NCBI RefSeq assembly: GCF_030604785.1
Contig: NZ_JAUVVF010000002.1
Span: 12,041 to 76,040 of the forward strand
DNA from: Paracoccus sp. (in: a-proteobacteria)
GTDB taxonomy: Bacteria > Pseudomonadota > Alphaproteobacteria > Rhodobacterales > Rhodobacteraceae
Reading direction: 5' to 3'
Length of the DNA stretch: 64,000 nt
Made by a program: the position numbers and the translations under genes. Below the pieces are notes generated by a model that searched no databases, was not told where the DNA came from, and saw only the letters and a program-made list of their open reading frames with translations. Numbering within the stretch: the first letter of the stretch is position 1; every line of letters starts with the position of its first letter. Positions 18,515-29,775 of the stretch are shown here, one piece after another.

Positions 18515-19804
18515 TCAGCGGGCCGCGACGTCCTTGTAGTCGCGCTTGTCGTTGCCGACATACAGCTGGCGCGGGCGGCCGATCTTGTTCTGCGGATCGC
18601 CGATCATCTCTTTCCACTGCGCGATCCAGCCCACCGTGCGCGACAGCGCGAAGATCGGCGTGAACATCGAGGTTGGGAAGCCCATCGCCTCGAGAATGAT
18701 GCCCGAATAGAAGTCCACGTTGGGATAGAGCTTCTTCTCGATGAAATACGGGTCCTCCAGAGCGATCTTTTCCAGCTCCTTGGCGACCTGCAGCGTCGGG
18801 TTGTCCTTGATCCCCAGAAGGTCCAGCACCTCGTCGGCGGATTCCTTCATCACCTTGGCGCGCGGATCGAAGTTCTTGTAGACCCGGTGGCCGAAGCCCA
18901 TCAGCTTGAACGGATCGCTCTTGTCCTTGGCCTTGGCGATGTATTCCGGGATGCGGTCCACGGTCCCGATCTCGCGCAGCATCTCCAGGCAGGCCTGGTT
19001 CGCCCCGCCATGGGCCGGACCCCACAGACAGGCGATCCCCGCCGCGATGCAGGCGAAGGGGTTCGCCCCCGACGATCCCGCCAGACGCACGGTCGAGGTC
19101 GAGGCGTTCTGCTCGTGATCGGCATGCAGCGTGAAGATGCGGTCCATGGCGCGGGCCAAGGCCGGGTCCACCTCGTATTTCTCGGCCGGGACCGAGAAGC
19201 ACATATGCAGGAAATTGCTGGCGTAATCCAGGTCGTTGCGCGGATAGACGAAGGGCTGGCCGATCGAATACTTGTAGGCCATGGCCGCGATCGTGGGCAC
19301 CTTGGCGATCAGGCGGATCGCCGCGACCTCGCGCTGCCACGGATCGTTCACATCGGTCGAATCGTGGTAGAAGGCCGACATCGCGCCGATCACGCCCACC
19401 AGCGTGGCCATCGGATGCGCGTCGCGGCGGAACCCGCGGAAGAAGTTGTGCATCTGCTCGTGAACCATCGTGTGACGGGTCACGCGGGTCTCGAAATCCT
19501 CCATCTGCTGCTGGGTGGGCAGCTCGCCGTAAAGCAGCAGGTAGCAGACTTCGAGGTAATGCGACTTGGCGGCCAGCTGCTCGATCGGATAGCCGCGATA
19601 CCACAGCTCGCCCTTGTCACCGTCGATATAGGTGATCTTCGATTCGCAGCTTGCGGTCGAGGTGAAACCCGGATCGAAGGTGAAGACATCCGCCTGGCCA
19701 TAGAGCTTGCGGATATCCAGCACGTCCGGCCCCTGGGTCGGGCTCATGACCGGCAGGTCATATTCCGAATCGTCAATGCGCAGCTTGGCAATCTTGTCGG
19801 CCAT
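18515..19804 (-). CDS. gltA: Citrate synthase (type II)
   Basis: [46 protein letters not shown]. Confidence 0.98.
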   Translation of the reverse strand: MADKIAKLRIDDSEYDLPVMSPTQGPDVLDIRKLYGQADVFTFDPGFTSTASCESKITYIDGDKGELWYRGYPIEQLAAKSHYLEVCYLLLYGELPTQQQMEDFETRVTRHTMVHEQMHNFFRGFRRDAHPMATLVGVIGAMSAFYHDSTDVNDPWQREVAAIRLIAKVPTIAAMAYKYSIGQPFVYPRNDLDYASNFLHMCFSVPAEKYEVDPALARAMDRIFTLHADHEQNASTSTVRLAGSSGANPFACIAAGIACLWGPAHGGANQACLEMLREIGTVDRIPEYIAKAKDKSDPFKLMGFGHRVYKNFDPRAKVMKESADEVLDLLGIKDNPTLQVAKELEKIALEDPYFIEKKLYPNVDFYSGIILEAMGFPTSMFTPIFALSRTVGWIAQWKEMIGDPQNKIGRPRQLYVGNDKRDYKDVAAR

Positions 19805-19883
19805 CTATGCGTCCTTTCCGGCTTGGCCGGGCCCCGGTCCCGCATGGTGCTTGGGGGTGGCCCTGGCATGTGGGTGCAGGCGG

Positions 19884-21281
19884 TCAGCCTGCCAGATCTG
19901 TCTGGTCGCGCAGCCGGGCCAGCGATTCCTCGCGGCCAAGCGCCGTCATCATGTCGAACACAGAGGGGGTGACGCTGGTCCCGGACAACGCGGCGCGCAA
20001 GGGCCCCGCGATCTTGCCCAAACCGACGCCTTGTTCCTCGGCGATCCGCTTGGCCGCCTCCTCCAGATCGTCTCGCGCCCAGCTAGCATGCTGCAATGCG
20101 GCAGTCAACGATTTCAGCATACCACGGGATACCGAATCCAGTTGCCTGGTCGCCTTCTCGTCGGGCTGGACGGGCCTCTCGATCAGCGCAAATCGTGCCT
20201 GATCAAGCAGTTGCGGCAGCGTTCTTGCCTTTTCGGTCAGGGCCGGCAGGGCGGCTGCCATCCGTTCGCGCTGATGCGGCGTCAGGGGCTGGGCGCCGGT
20301 CTCGGCCAGATAGCCGTCGAGCGCCGCGAACAGCGCCTCGGGCGGCATGTGACGCAGGTGGTGGCCGCTGACATGTTCAAGCTTCTTGAAGTCCAGCCGG
20401 GCGGGCGCGCGCCCGATCCCCTGCAGGTCGAACCACTCTCGCGCCTGCGCATCGTCGAACAATTCGTCGTCGCCATGGCTCCAGCCCAGGCGCGCCAGAT
20501 AGTTCCGCATCGCGGCCGCCGGATAGCCGAGCGCCGCGAATTCGTGCAGCCCCACCGCGCCGTGGCGCTTGGACAGCTTCTTGCCGTCCTCGCCATGGAT
20601 CAGCGGGATATGGGCAAAGACCGGGCGGTCCCAGCCCATCGCGTCATAGATCTGGATCTGGCGCGCGGTGTTGGTCAGGTGGTCGTCGCCCCGGATCACA
20701 TGCGTCACGCCCATGTCGTGATCGTCCACGACCACGGCCAGCATGTAGGTCGGCGTGCCGTCGCTGCGCAGCAGGATCATGTCGTCAAGCTGATCGTTCG
20801 CCACGCGCACATCGCCCTGCACCTGATCGTGGATCACCGTCTCGCCCTCGCGCGGAGCCTTCAGGCGGATGGCATAGGGCGCATCGGGCAGGTCGGTCGC
20901 GTCGCGCCACGGGCTGGCGAAGGGCTGGCGGGGATTGGCCTCGCGCCAGGCCGCGATCTCGTCGGTGGTGGAAAAGCACTTGTAGGCCGTGCCATCCGCC
21001 AGCATCTGGCGCGCGACCTCGGCATGGCGGTCCTTGCGGGCGAACTGGCTGACGGGCTCTCCGTCCCAGTCGAGGCCCAGCCATTCCAGCCCCTTGAGGA
21101 TCGCCTCGGTCGCCTCGGGGGTCGAACGCGCGCGGTCCGTATCCTCGATCCGCAGCAGGAACCTGCCGCCGCGCCCGCGCGCGTAAAGCCAGTTGAACAG
21201 CGCCGTCCGGGCGCCGCCGATATGCAGATAGCCGGTCGGCGAGGGGGCAAAACGGGTCACGACGGGGGCGGTCTGGGTCAT
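19884..21281 (-). CDS. gltX: Glutamate-tRNA ligase
   Basis: [37 protein letters not shown]. Confidence 0.97.
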   Translation of the reverse strand: MTQTAPVVTRFAPSPTGYLHIGGARTALFNWLYARGRGGRFLLRIEDTDRARSTPEATEAILKGLEWLGLDWDGEPVSQFARKDRHAEVARQMLADGTAYKCFSTTDEIAAWREANPRQPFASPWRDATDLPDAPYAIRLKAPREGETVIHDQVQGDVRVANDQLDDMILLRSDGTPTYMLAVVVDDHDMGVTHVIRGDDHLTNTARQIQIYDAMGWDRPVFAHIPLIHGEDGKKLSKRHGAVGLHEFAALGYPAAAMRNYLARLGWSHGDDELFDDAQAREWFDLQGIGRAPARLDFKKLEHVSGHHLRHMPPEALFAALDGYLAETGAQPLTPHQRERMAAALPALTEKARTLPQLLDQARFALIERPVQPDEKATRQLDSVSRGMLKSLTAALQHASWARDDLEEAAKRIAEEQGVGLGKIAGPLRAALSGTSVTPSVFDMMTALGREESLARLRDQTDLAG

Positions 21282-21316
21282 CTGGGCCTTCGGAAGATGG
21301 GTCTTGAGGGGCGGCG

Positions 21317-21332
21317 TTAACGCTTTGGTAAG
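21317..21332. promoter_or_regulatory. CtrA-like binding site in the gltX/comEC divergent promoter
   Basis: Minus strand TTAC-N7-TTAAC, one mismatch to TTAA-N7-TTAAC; 55 nt above the comEC ATG. Confidence 0.5.
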
Positions 21333-21386
21333 CAGGGCCTGCCATTCTGCGGCAAGTGATAGAGCCCGAACCGCGAAAGGACAAGG

Positions 21387-23519
21387 ATGTTGCCCCAGCC
21401 GGTCGCCCTGACGGCGCCGCCCCTCAGGCGCAGCCATGCAGCGCAGCGGCCCGCCGCCGCGCCTCGGGCGGGGTTGTTCGTCTGGGTGCCGGTCTGTCTG
21501 GCGGCGGGGATCGGGCTGTGGTTCTTGCGCCCGGCCCTTCTGACGGGCCAGCACTGGGCCGCGCTGGCGGCGCTGGTCTGTCTTGCGGCGGGCGTGGCGC
21601 TGGCCGGGCCGCGTCTGGCGCTTCGGGGGCGGATCGGCTGGCCGCTGGCCGACGGTCTGCGGCTGGCGGGGCTGGCGCTGGCGCTGATGGCCTGCGGGGT
21701 GGCGCTGGCGGGCGCACGGGCGGCATGGGTCGCGGGGCCGGTCCTGGACTGGCGCTATCACGGACCGGTCGAGGGGCGTGTCGTGCATCTGGACCGCTCA
21801 AGCCGCGACCTGCTGCGCCTGACGCTGGACGAGGTGCGGCTGCGCGACATCCCGCCCGACGGGGTGCCGCGCCGCGTCCGCCTCTCGCTGTCGGTGGGGC
21901 AGGATGTGCCGCCGATCGGCCAGCGCGTGATGCTGACCGGCCATCTTGGGCCGCCGCCCGGACCGGCCTCGCCCGGCAGCTTCGATTTCCGGCTGAACGC
22001 GTGGTTTCAGGGGATCGGCGCGGTGGGTTATACGCGCAGCCCGGTCCTGGCCGTCGCCGCCCCCGAGGGGGGAGCGTGGCATCTGCACCGGACCCGCATG
22101 GCGCTGGCGCAGGCGATCCGCGACCGCATTCCCGACCAGCCCGGCGCGGTAGCGGCGGCGCTGATGACGGGCGACCGCTCCGGCATAGACGAGGCCACGA
22201 CCGAGCTGATGCGTGCCTCGAACCTTGCACATGTGATCGCGATTTCGGGCCTGCATATGGGGCTGCTGACGGGCTTCGTCTACGGGCTGTTGCGGCTGTC
22301 GCTGGTGCTGGCGCAGGGCCTGGGCGGCCGGCTGCCCTTGCCCGCGCACAAGATGGCCGCGCTTGGGGCGCTGGTCGCGGCGGCGGGGTATCTGTGGCTG
22401 TCGGGCGCCAGCGTGGCCACGCAGCGGGCCTTTGTGACGATCGCGGTGATGCTGCTGGCGATCCTTGCGGATCGGCGGGCGATCTCGCTCAGGACGGTGG
22501 CCTTGGCAGCGACGGCGATCCTGATCATCAGCCCCGAGGCACTGACCTCGCCCGGCTTCCAGATGAGCTTTGCCGCGACCATCGCGCTGATCCTGACCTT
22601 CGATCCCTGGAACCGGCATGCCAACCGCCTGCCCCGCTGGCTGCGGCCCGTGGCGATGCTGCTGGTCTCGTCACTGGTCGCGGGCCTGGCGACCGCGCCG
22701 ATCGGGGCCGCGCATTTCAATCGCATGTCGCAATACGGGCTGCTGGCGAACATGCTGGCCGTGCCGGTGATGGGAACGCTGGTGATGCCCTCAGGCGTGA
22801 TCGCGCTGCTTCTGGCGCCTCTGGGGCTGGAGGGCGCGGCGCTGTGGGTCATGGGCCTCGGCACGACCTGGATGCTGGCGGTGGCGGACTTGGTCGCCGG
22901 GCTGGATGGCGCCGTCACCGCGATCCCGATGGCGCCGGGGCCGGTCCTGCCGATGCTGGGCTTCGGCGCGGTCGGGCTGATCCTCTGCTGGCGCCGTTCG
23001 CGGCCCGGACGGGTGCTGATGCTTGGCTCGGCGCTGTCCGCAGCCCTGGTCATCGGCGGGTTCGGATTGTGGCTGACCGCGAAACGCCCGCTGATCCTGA
23101 TCGCCCCCGAGGGCGAGGCCGTGGGCCTGATGACTCCGGCCGGGCGGGCAGTGTCGAAACCGGCGGGCGGGGCGTTTGTCGTCTCGACCTGGCTGATCGA
23201 GGATGGGGACATTGCGGATCAGGCGGCCTCGGCGGCGCGGCCCGGCTGGACGGGCGATCGCCGGGACCGGCAGGCCGAGCTGCCCCATGGTTGGCGCATC
23301 CTGCATTTCACGGGCAAGGGCGCGGGGGCCCGTGCGGCCCCCTTCTGCCGGGCGCGCAGGATCATCGTCGCGACCGAGCGGGTCGAGGCTGGGGGCAATT
23401 GCGTGATCTGGGACCCGCCACGTCTGCGCCGCACCGGCGCGCTGGCGGTCGAGATGACGACCGCCGGCCCCGTCTGGCGCAGTGTGGCCGAGGCTCAGCC
23501 CGCGCTGCGCCCGCGCTGA
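21387..23519 (+). CDS. comEC: ComEC/Rec2 DNA-uptake channel
   Basis: DUF4131-like N-terminal part; [26 protein letters not shown] motifs. Confidence 0.92.
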   Translation: MLPQPVALTAPPLRRSHAAQRPAAAPRAGLFVWVPVCLAAGIGLWFLRPALLTGQHWAALAALVCLAAGVALAGPRLALRGRIGWPLADGLRLAGLALALMACGVALAGARAAWVAGPVLDWRYHGPVEGRVVHLDRSSRDLLRLTLDEVRLRDIPPDGVPRRVRLSLSVGQDVPPIGQRVMLTGHLGPPPGPASPGSFDFRLNAWFQGIGAVGYTRSPVLAVAAPEGGAWHLHRTRMALAQAIRDRIPDQPGAVAAALMTGDRSGIDEATTELMRASNLAHVIAISGLHMGLLTGFVYGLLRLSLVLAQGLGGRLPLPAHKMAALGALVAAAGYLWLSGASVATQRAFVTIAVMLLAILADRRAISLRTVALAATAILIISPEALTSPGFQMSFAATIALILTFDPWNRHANRLPRWLRPVAMLLVSSLVAGLATAPIGAAHFNRMSQYGLLANMLAVPVMGTLVMPSGVIALLLAPLGLEGAALWVMGLGTTWMLAVADLVAGLDGAVTAIPMAPGPVLPMLGFGAVGLILCWRRSRPGRVLMLGSALSAALVIGGFGLWLTAKRPLILIAPEGEAVGLMTPAGRAVSKPAGGAFVVSTWLIEDGDIADQAASAARPGWTGDRRDRQAELPHGWRILHFTGKGAGARAAPFCRARRIIVATERVEAGGNCVIWDPPRLRRTGALAVEMTTAGPVWRSVAEAQPALRPR

Positions 23520-23746
23520 GCGGGGGGCGTCGTCAGCCGCGCGACCAGCCGCCGGGCCAGAGGCGCCACGATCAGCACGGCCGGAAAGGCGACGGCCCAG
23601 CTGGACAGCCAGTTGCCCAGCCACAGCCCGCCGACGCCATCGGTCAGCCCGACCGCCCGCAGGGTCGAGACGCCCGAGACCAGCGCGGACATCAGGCCCG
23701 ACAGGAAGAAGCCGAACAGGATCGGGGCAAAGCGGGCTGGGATCAT
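23495..23746 (-). CDS. DUF2798-like small membrane protein
   Basis: MIPARFAPILFGFFLSGLMS, WLSSWAVAFP; AAGGA SD; 3' end overlaps comEC by 25 nt. Confidence 0.8.
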   Translation of the reverse strand: MIPARFAPILFGFFLSGLMSALVSGVSTLRAVGLTDGVGGLWLGNWLSSWAVAFPAVLIVAPLARRLVARLTTPPAQRGRSAG

Positions 23747-23810
23747 ATCACATTCCTTTTCCAGAATACGAATGACAGATGGCCCGCCGCCCGATCCTTT
23801 GCAAGCCCCG

Positions 23811-25172
23811 TCAGGCCAGTTCGGCAAAGACCTTGTTCAGCGCCTTGTCCAGCTTGTCGAACATCTCGTCCATCTGGTCGGTCGTCAGGATGAAGGGCGG
23901 GCACAGCACGATCGACTGGCCGAGCGGCCGGCAGATCAGACCCATGTCGGTGCAAGTGTTGGCGATGCGTTCGCTGACCGACAGATGCCCCTCGAACGGG
24001 GTCTTGGTCGCCTTGTCGCGCACCGCCTCCAGCGCCCACATGAAGCCCACGCCGCGATACTCGCCGATATTGGGGTTCTTGGCCAGCTCGCGCAGCCCGT
24101 CCTCGAAGCGCGGGGCGAGGTCGATGACGTTCTGGGCCAGCCCCTCGTTCATGACCACGTCGATGGCCTTCAGCGCGATGGCGCAGCCGACCGGATGCCC
24201 CGAGGCGGTGAAGCCGTGCGGAAACTCCTCGATCTTGTCGATGGCGGCCTGCAGGCGGTCGGTCAGTTCCGGCCCCAGGATCACGGCGCCCATCGGAAAC
24301 AGCCCCGCCGTCAGGTTCTTGGAGCTGATGATCGCATCCGGCACGAAATCATAGGTGATCGAGCCCCAGGTGTTGCCCGTCCGCCCGAAGCCGCAGATCA
24401 CCTCGTCAGCGATCATCGGGATGCCGTGCTTCCTCAGCACCGGCATGATCGCCTGGAAATACCCTTTGGACGGCGGGATCACGCCCCCCGCGCCCTGCAC
24501 GGCTTCGGCGAAGAAGCCCGCGATGGTGTCGGCGCCCTCGCGCTGGATCACCTCGTCCAGCTCGCGCGCAAGGCGGGCGGTGAATTGTTCCTCGGTCTCG
24601 CCGTCCTCGCCATAGCGCCAGTAATGCGGGCAGGTCAGGTGGATGAAGCCCGGCAGCGGCAGGCCGAAGACCGAATTGTAGGGCTTGCCGGTCATGCTGG
24701 CCGACACCGCCGTCACGCCGTGATAGGCGTTCCAGCGGGTCAGGATCTTGCGCTTCTGCGGGTTGCCTTCCGAGGCGTGCATGAACCACAGCATCTTGAC
24801 CATGGTGTCGTTCGCCTCGGAACCCGAATTGGTGTAGAACACCTTGCCGCGCGGGAAGGGCGAGACCTCGACCAGCTTTTCCGACAACATCACAGTCTGG
24901 TCGGACATCCGCCCGAAAAAGGCGTGATAGCCCGGAAAGCGGTCGTATTGCGCCTTGGCGGCCTCGGCCAGGCCCTTGTGATCGAAGCCCGCGACCATGT
25001 TCCACAGGCCCGAATTCGCGTCCAGATAGCGGTTGCCGTTAACGTCAACGACGTAAGGCCCCTCGCCATGGGTCAGCACCACCGCGCCGCGCTGATGCAC
25101 GCTTGGCAGATCGGTGAAGCCATAAAGCGAAAATTCGTCGGCCCGTGCTTCCCAGCTTTGCGGCTTGTTCAT
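23811..25172 (-). CDS. Class III PLP amine:pyruvate (omega) transaminase, V. fluvialis/P. denitrificans type
   Basis: 453 aa; MNKPQSWEARA, DANSGLWN, DEVICGFGRTG, SSKNLTAG, LICRP. Confidence 0.92.
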   Translation of the reverse strand: MNKPQSWEARADEFSLYGFTDLPSVHQRGAVVLTHGEGPYVVDVNGNRYLDANSGLWNMVAGFDHKGLAEAAKAQYDRFPGYHAFFGRMSDQTVMLSEKLVEVSPFPRGKVFYTNSGSEANDTMVKMLWFMHASEGNPQKRKILTRWNAYHGVTAVSASMTGKPYNSVFGLPLPGFIHLTCPHYWRYGEDGETEEQFTARLARELDEVIQREGADTIAGFFAEAVQGAGGVIPPSKGYFQAIMPVLRKHGIPMIADEVICGFGRTGNTWGSITYDFVPDAIISSKNLTAGLFPMGAVILGPELTDRLQAAIDKIEEFPHGFTASGHPVGCAIALKAIDVVMNEGLAQNVIDLAPRFEDGLRELAKNPNIGEYRGVGFMWALEAVRDKATKTPFEGHLSVSERIANTCTDMGLICRPLGQSIVLCPPFILTTDQMDEMFDKLDKALNKVFAELA

Positions 25173-25307
25173 GCTGTCGGCTCCTCAATACCTTTGCGGC
25201 AAGGCTAGCCGGGCGAAATGGCGCATTCAATGGGGCGGATTGCCGGGGTTCTTGTGCAGGTTGTGCAAAATTCGCAAGATCACCGCGAAATTGCCAAAGG
25301 AGCGCCC

Positions 25308-26597
25308 GTGAGACTTCTGCTGATCGCCGCCATGGCCCTGACCGCGATGCCAGCAATGGCCGAGAACCGCATCGACCTGATCCGCCCGGACGCGCCCGAA
25401 CTGGCCCATCCCGGCCCTTATCCGGTCGGCGTGCGCGAGGCGCGCTTCACGGATCCAGAGCGGATCGACGTGATCGCCGCGCAGTCCGGCGGGACCCCTG
25501 TCCGTGACCGGTCGCTGCTGGCCGAGATCTGGTATCCCGCCGCCGAGGAGACCGATCCCGGCGTGACCTATGACACGGTCCTGCGCGACGGGGTGACGCC
25601 CACGACCCTGACCGGCAGCGCGGCCCGCGACGCCGACGCGGCGCCGGGATCGTTTCCGCTGGTGATCCTGTCGCATGGCTATCCGGGCAATCGCTACCTG
25701 ATGAGCCATCTGGCCGAGAACCTGGCCTCCAAGGGCTATGTCGTGGTGGCGGCCGACCATCCCGAAAGCACCTATGACGACCAGCAGGCCTTTGCCTCGA
25801 CGCTGGTGAACCGCGCGGTCGACCAGCGCTTCCTGCTGGACAGCATGGCCGGGCTGACGGACGAGATCGGCGCGATCACCGATGCCGACCGCACCGCGAT
25901 CGTCGGCTATTCGATGGGCGGCTACGGCGCGCTGATCTTCGGCGGCGCGGGCCTGTCGCGCACCGCGCTGGAACGGACCGAGCCCGCCGCCTTCGTGCCG
26001 CCCTCGGATACGCTGGACCGTCTTGGTGCGGGGTCCGAGGACCACGCCGCGCTGGTCGATCCGCGCATCCGCGCCATCATCGCCATCGCGCCTTGGGGCC
26101 GGCAATTCGATTTCTGGGATGCGGACGGGCTGGCCGGCGTGACCACGCCCCTGATGCTGGTCGCGGGCAGCGTGGACGATGTCTCGCCCTATGATTCGAT
26201 CCGCCAGATCCTGGACGAGACGACCGGCACGACGCGCCATCTGCTGACCTTCGAGAACGCCAACCACAATGCCGCAGCCCCCATCCCCGCCCCGGCCGAG
26301 GCATGGGCCATGTCGCAGGCCCTGGGCCGCGCGCCGTTTGACCATTATGCCGATCCAGTCTGGGACAGCGTGCGGATGAACAACATCCTCCAGCATTTCG
26401 CGACCGCCTTCCTGGACCTGCACCTGAAGGAGGATGCCGCGCGGGGTGAATATCTGGACCTGATCCGCGACGCGGATGCAGGGCTGTGGTCGGTCGATGC
26501 CGAGGGCAATCCCGACGCGGCGCACAGCTACTGGACGGGCTTTCCCCAACGCAGCGCCATCGGCCTGAGCTTCGAGACCCGCGAGGCGGGCCGCTGA
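25308..26597 (+). CDS. Secreted alpha/beta hydrolase (dienelactone hydrolase/PAF-acetylhydrolase-like)
   Basis: GTG start with AAGGAG SD; signal peptide AMA-EN; SHGYPG, GYSMGG nucleophile elbow. Confidence 0.85.
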   Translation: MRLLLIAAMALTAMPAMAENRIDLIRPDAPELAHPGPYPVGVREARFTDPERIDVIAAQSGGTPVRDRSLLAEIWYPAAEETDPGVTYDTVLRDGVTPTTLTGSAARDADAAPGSFPLVILSHGYPGNRYLMSHLAENLASKGYVVVAADHPESTYDDQQAFASTLVNRAVDQRFLLDSMAGLTDEIGAITDADRTAIVGYSMGGYGALIFGGAGLSRTALERTEPAAFVPPSDTLDRLGAGSEDHAALVDPRIRAIIAIAPWGRQFDFWDADGLAGVTTPLMLVAGSVDDVSPYDSIRQILDETTGTTRHLLTFENANHNAAAPIPAPAEAWAMSQALGRAPFDHYADPVWDSVRMNNILQHFATAFLDLHLKEDAARGEYLDLIRDADAGLWSVDAEGNPDAAHSYWTGFPQRSAIGLSFETREAGR

Positions 26598-26924
26598 TCA
26601 GGGCCGCCTGAGGCCGAGCGCGTCCAGCTCGGCCTCAATCCCCGACAGGGGGGCGGCGCGGGTCTCGGCGACCAGCGCATCGAACCGGGCGCGCAGGGCG
26701 TCCTTTTCGGCGCCCTTGCAATCGTTCCAGGGCCGCCCCTGCAGCGCCATGTGCAGGACGTAATAGCCAATGAAATGCGGCCGCTCGCCCGAGACCAGCA
26801 GGGCGCGATAGGCCTCGTGCGCGCCAAGGGTGCGCAGCCGCGCCGCGTCGGGGATACCCGCCTCGATCAGGGCGCGCGCGGTGGCGGGGCCGATATTGGG
26901 GATCGCGGTCAGCTCGCTCTCCAT
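26598..26924 (-). CDS. TfoX/Sxy C-terminal-like helix-hairpin-helix protein
   Basis: IPNIGPAT HhH motif; [20 protein letters not shown]. Confidence 0.78.
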   Translation of the reverse strand: MESELTAIPNIGPATARALIEAGIPDAARLRTLGAHEAYRALLVSGERPHFIGYYVLHMALQGRPWNDCKGAEKDALRARFDALVAETRAAPLSGIEAELDALGLRRP

Positions 26925-26987
26925 CCCGTGCCTTTCCAAAAGCCTGTCTTTGCTGTATCGCCTGCGCGATCTCAAGGACAGCATGAC

Positions 26988-28319
26988 ATGACCCAGGACG
27001 CCAGCGCCACGGCCGCGAAGAAGCTTTTCATCAAGACCTATGGCTGCCAGATGAACGTCTATGACAGCCAGCGCATGGCCGAGGCGATGGCCAGCGAGGG
27101 CTACGAGCTGACCGAGGACCAGTCGCAGGCCGACATGGTCCTGCTGAACACCTGCCATATCCGCGAAAAGGCGGCCGAGAAGCTCTATTCCGACCTAGGC
27201 CGTCTGAAGCCGCTGAAGGCCGAGCGTCCCGACCTGAAGATCGGCGTGGCGGGCTGCGTCGCCCAGGCCGAGGGCGAGGAGATCGTGCGCCGCATGCCGC
27301 TGGTCGATCTGGTCGTCGGCCCGCAGACCTATCACCGCCTGCCCGCCATGCTGCGCGGCGAGGCGCCCGCGATCCTGACCGAGTTCCCCCCCGAGGACAA
27401 GTTCGACCACCTGCCCGAACGCCGCGCCACCCGCCGCGCGCCTGCGGCGTTCCTGACCGTGCAGGAGGGCTGCGACAAGTTCTGCGCCTTCTGCGTCGTC
27501 CCCTATACGCGCGGGGCCGAGGTCAGCCGCCCCGTGGACCGCATCCTGCGCGAGGCGCGCGATCTGGTCGCCCGAGGCGTGCGCGAGATCACGCTCTTGG
27601 GCCAGAACGTGAATGGCTGGCATGGCGAGGGCGAGGGCGGCGAATGGGGCTTTGGCCGCCTGATCCGCGCCTTGGCCGAAATCGACGGTCTGGACCGCAT
27701 CCGCTACACGACCAGCCATCCCAACGACATGGCCGACGACCTGATCGAGGCGCATCGCGACATCCCTCAGCTGATGCCCTATCTGCATCTGCCGGTGCAG
27801 TCGGGCAGCGACCGCATCCTCAAGGCGATGAACCGCAAGCACACGGCGGACCAGTATCTGCGCCTGATCGACCGGATCAAGACCGCGCGGCCCGACATCC
27901 TGCTGACCAGCGACTTCATCGTGGGCTTTCCGGGCGAGACGGATCAGGATCACGCCGACACGCTGCGCCTGATCGAACAGGTCGGCTTCGGCACGGCCTT
28001 CAGCTTCAAGTATTCGCCCCGTCCGGGCACCCCCGCCTATGACCGCCCCGAGGTGGACGGCGCTGTCGCCGATGCGCGGCTGCAGGAATTGCAGGCGCTG
28101 CTGAACCGCCAGCAGAAGGCCGCGCAGCAATCCATGCTGGGCCGGACACTTGGCGTCCTGTTCGAGAAACCGGGCCGCGAGCCGGGGCAGATGGTCGGCA
28201 AGTCGGATTACCTGCATTCGGTCTTTGTCGAGGCGCCCGAGGCCCAGATCGGCGATCTGGTGCAGGTCCGCATCGTGGAAAGCGCGCCGAATTCGCTGCG
28301 GGGCGAACTGGTCGGCTAG
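26988..28319 (+). CDS. miaB: tRNA-2-methylthio-N6-isopentenyladenosine synthase
   Basis: [29 protein letters not shown] radical SAM motif, TRAM domain. Confidence 0.98.
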   Translation: MTQDASATAAKKLFIKTYGCQMNVYDSQRMAEAMASEGYELTEDQSQADMVLLNTCHIREKAAEKLYSDLGRLKPLKAERPDLKIGVAGCVAQAEGEEIVRRMPLVDLVVGPQTYHRLPAMLRGEAPAILTEFPPEDKFDHLPERRATRRAPAAFLTVQEGCDKFCAFCVVPYTRGAEVSRPVDRILREARDLVARGVREITLLGQNVNGWHGEGEGGEWGFGRLIRALAEIDGLDRIRYTTSHPNDMADDLIEAHRDIPQLMPYLHLPVQSGSDRILKAMNRKHTADQYLRLIDRIKTARPDILLTSDFIVGFPGETDQDHADTLRLIEQVGFGTAFSFKYSPRPGTPAYDRPEVDGAVADARLQELQALLNRQQKAAQQSMLGRTLGVLFEKPGREPGQMVGKSDYLHSVFVEAPEAQIGDLVQVRIVESAPNSLRGELVG

Positions 28320-28342
28320 GTCCGTCCCTTGCGGAAGAAATA

Positions 28343-28384
28343 GCCGGCCCCCGGTGGAACGCGCGAACAGAGCCGGGGGCCGGC
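28343..28384. repeat. Hairpin copy 1 with loop GGAACGCGCGAACAG
   Basis: 12-bp stem, 18-nt loop; CTATTTCTT follows on the minus strand. Confidence 0.85.
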
Positions 28385-28448
28385 CTTCCACGCGGACAGG
28401 CCTGCGCGGAAGCGGTGGTGCAGGGCCAAGAGCCTTGCAGATGGATCA

Positions 28449-28488
28449 CCGGCCCCCCGAGGAACGCGCGAACAGGACGGGGGGCCGG
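28449..28488. repeat. Hairpin copy 2 with the same 15-nt loop core
   Basis: 11-bp stem, 18-nt loop; 105-nt period from copy 1. Confidence 0.85.
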
Positions 28489-28533
28489 GATTGCCGCGCG
28501 GGTTGAGGGCGCGGAACCGGTGGGGCGGGGCGG

Positions 28534-29571
28534 CTATTCGCCGCCGCCAAGCCCGTGGACATAGACGGTCAGCGCCCGGATCTCCGCCTCGGTCAGGCGG
28601 TTCGACCAGGCGGGCATGACGCCATAGGGGCCTTCCGAGACGATCCGGCGCAGGGTCTCGGGCTCGCTGCCATAGAGCCAGACCTGATCATTCAGCGCAG
28701 GCGCGCCTTGGCCGCGATCACCCTCGCCCGCATCGCCGTGGCAGGCCGAGCAGTTGTCGGCATAGATCTGGGCGCCGCGTGCGGCCCGGTCAGCGTCATG
28801 CGGCTGGTCCGACAGCGACAGGACGTAATGGACCACCCGGTCGATCTCTCGCTGGTTCAACAGGCCGTCGGCACCATAGCGCGGCATCTGCGAATAGCGC
28901 GTGTCGGGGTCCTGCGGGTCGCGGATGCCGTGCATCAGCGTCAGGTGGATATCCTCCATGCTGCCGCCCCAGAGCCAGTCATCGTCCAGCAGGTTCGGAT
29001 AGCCCCGCGCCCCGCCCGCACCCGCGCCGTGACATTGCGCGCACCAGGTCCGGTAAAGCGCCGCCCCGGCATTCGAAGCATAGCTCATCAGGTCGGCGTC
29101 CTGGGGGATGGCGGCCAGATCGGTCTGGACCAGCGCAGCCTGGATCGGGGCGTTGGCGGCAGCGAAGCGGTCGATCTCGGCGGCGACCTCGGCGCGGGCA
29201 TTGGTGCGCAGCAGGCCCTGGGTCGCCTGCGTCACCAGCGGGATGGCGGGATAGGCGATCATGTATCCGATGGCCCAGACGATGGTGGCGTAGAAGGTCC
29301 ACAGCCACCAGCGGGGCATCGGGTTGTCGTATTCGGTGATCCCGTCCCATTCATGCCCGGTCGAGGGCGTTTCCTTCAGCCCGACGCCGTGACGCCCCTT
29401 GCGGCGATGGCTGGGCGAGACGGGCTTGTCCGGGGCGGACCGGGGCGGGATGGCGCCCCCGATCTTGGCGGCATGTTCGGCATCGGCGGCCTGGCGACGC
29501 AAGTTGATCTGGTTGTCGGGATTGGCGGGCGATGCCACGTCATCCGCCGGCTTCTTGGTGTCGTCGGACAT
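28534..29571 (-). CDS. ccoP: cbb3-type cytochrome c oxidase subunit III
   Basis: GHEWDGI, MPRWW, two heme c motifs CAQCH and CSACH. Confidence 0.97.
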   Translation of the reverse strand: MSDDTKKPADDVASPANPDNQINLRRQAADAEHAAKIGGAIPPRSAPDKPVSPSHRRKGRHGVGLKETPSTGHEWDGITEYDNPMPRWWLWTFYATIVWAIGYMIAYPAIPLVTQATQGLLRTNARAEVAAEIDRFAAANAPIQAALVQTDLAAIPQDADLMSYASNAGAALYRTWCAQCHGAGAGGARGYPNLLDDDWLWGGSMEDIHLTLMHGIRDPQDPDTRYSQMPRYGADGLLNQREIDRVVHYVLSLSDQPHDADRAARGAQIYADNCSACHGDAGEGDRGQGAPALNDQVWLYGSEPETLRRIVSEGPYGVMPAWSNRLTEAEIRALTVYVHGLGGGE

Positions 29572-29768
29572 CAGCGGTCCTCCTTCTTCTCGTCGTCGTC
29601 GTCGGCGGCGGGACGGGATTCGTTGCGAAAGATGCTCTCGGCGGCATCCTTCTGGACGCGGCGCGATCCGGGGCGGAACACGAAGACGATCACGCCCACG
29701 AAGATCAGGACCAGGACCAGAAGCGCCCAGCTATCGGCCATGGCACGCAGGAAGGTGTAGGTTTCCAT
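29571..29768 (-). CDS. ccoQ: cbb3-type oxidase subunit IV
   Basis: [14 protein letters not shown], one TM helix, AAESIF; stop overlaps the ccoP start. Confidence 0.93.
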   Translation of the reverse strand: METYTFLRAMADSWALLVLVLIFVGVIVFVFRPGSRRVQKDAAESIFRNESRPAADDDDEKKEDR

Positions 29769-29775
29769 GGCGGCC

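Noticed and set aside
23495-23519. comEC as a truncated pseudogene because its 3' end overlaps the convergent gene
   Set aside because: 710 aa with intact core motifs; lack of a beta-lactamase-like domain is usual in alphaproteobacterial ComEC
28343-28488. CRISPR array
   Set aside because: Only two units, the conserved part is a hairpin loop, and there are no cas genes in the window
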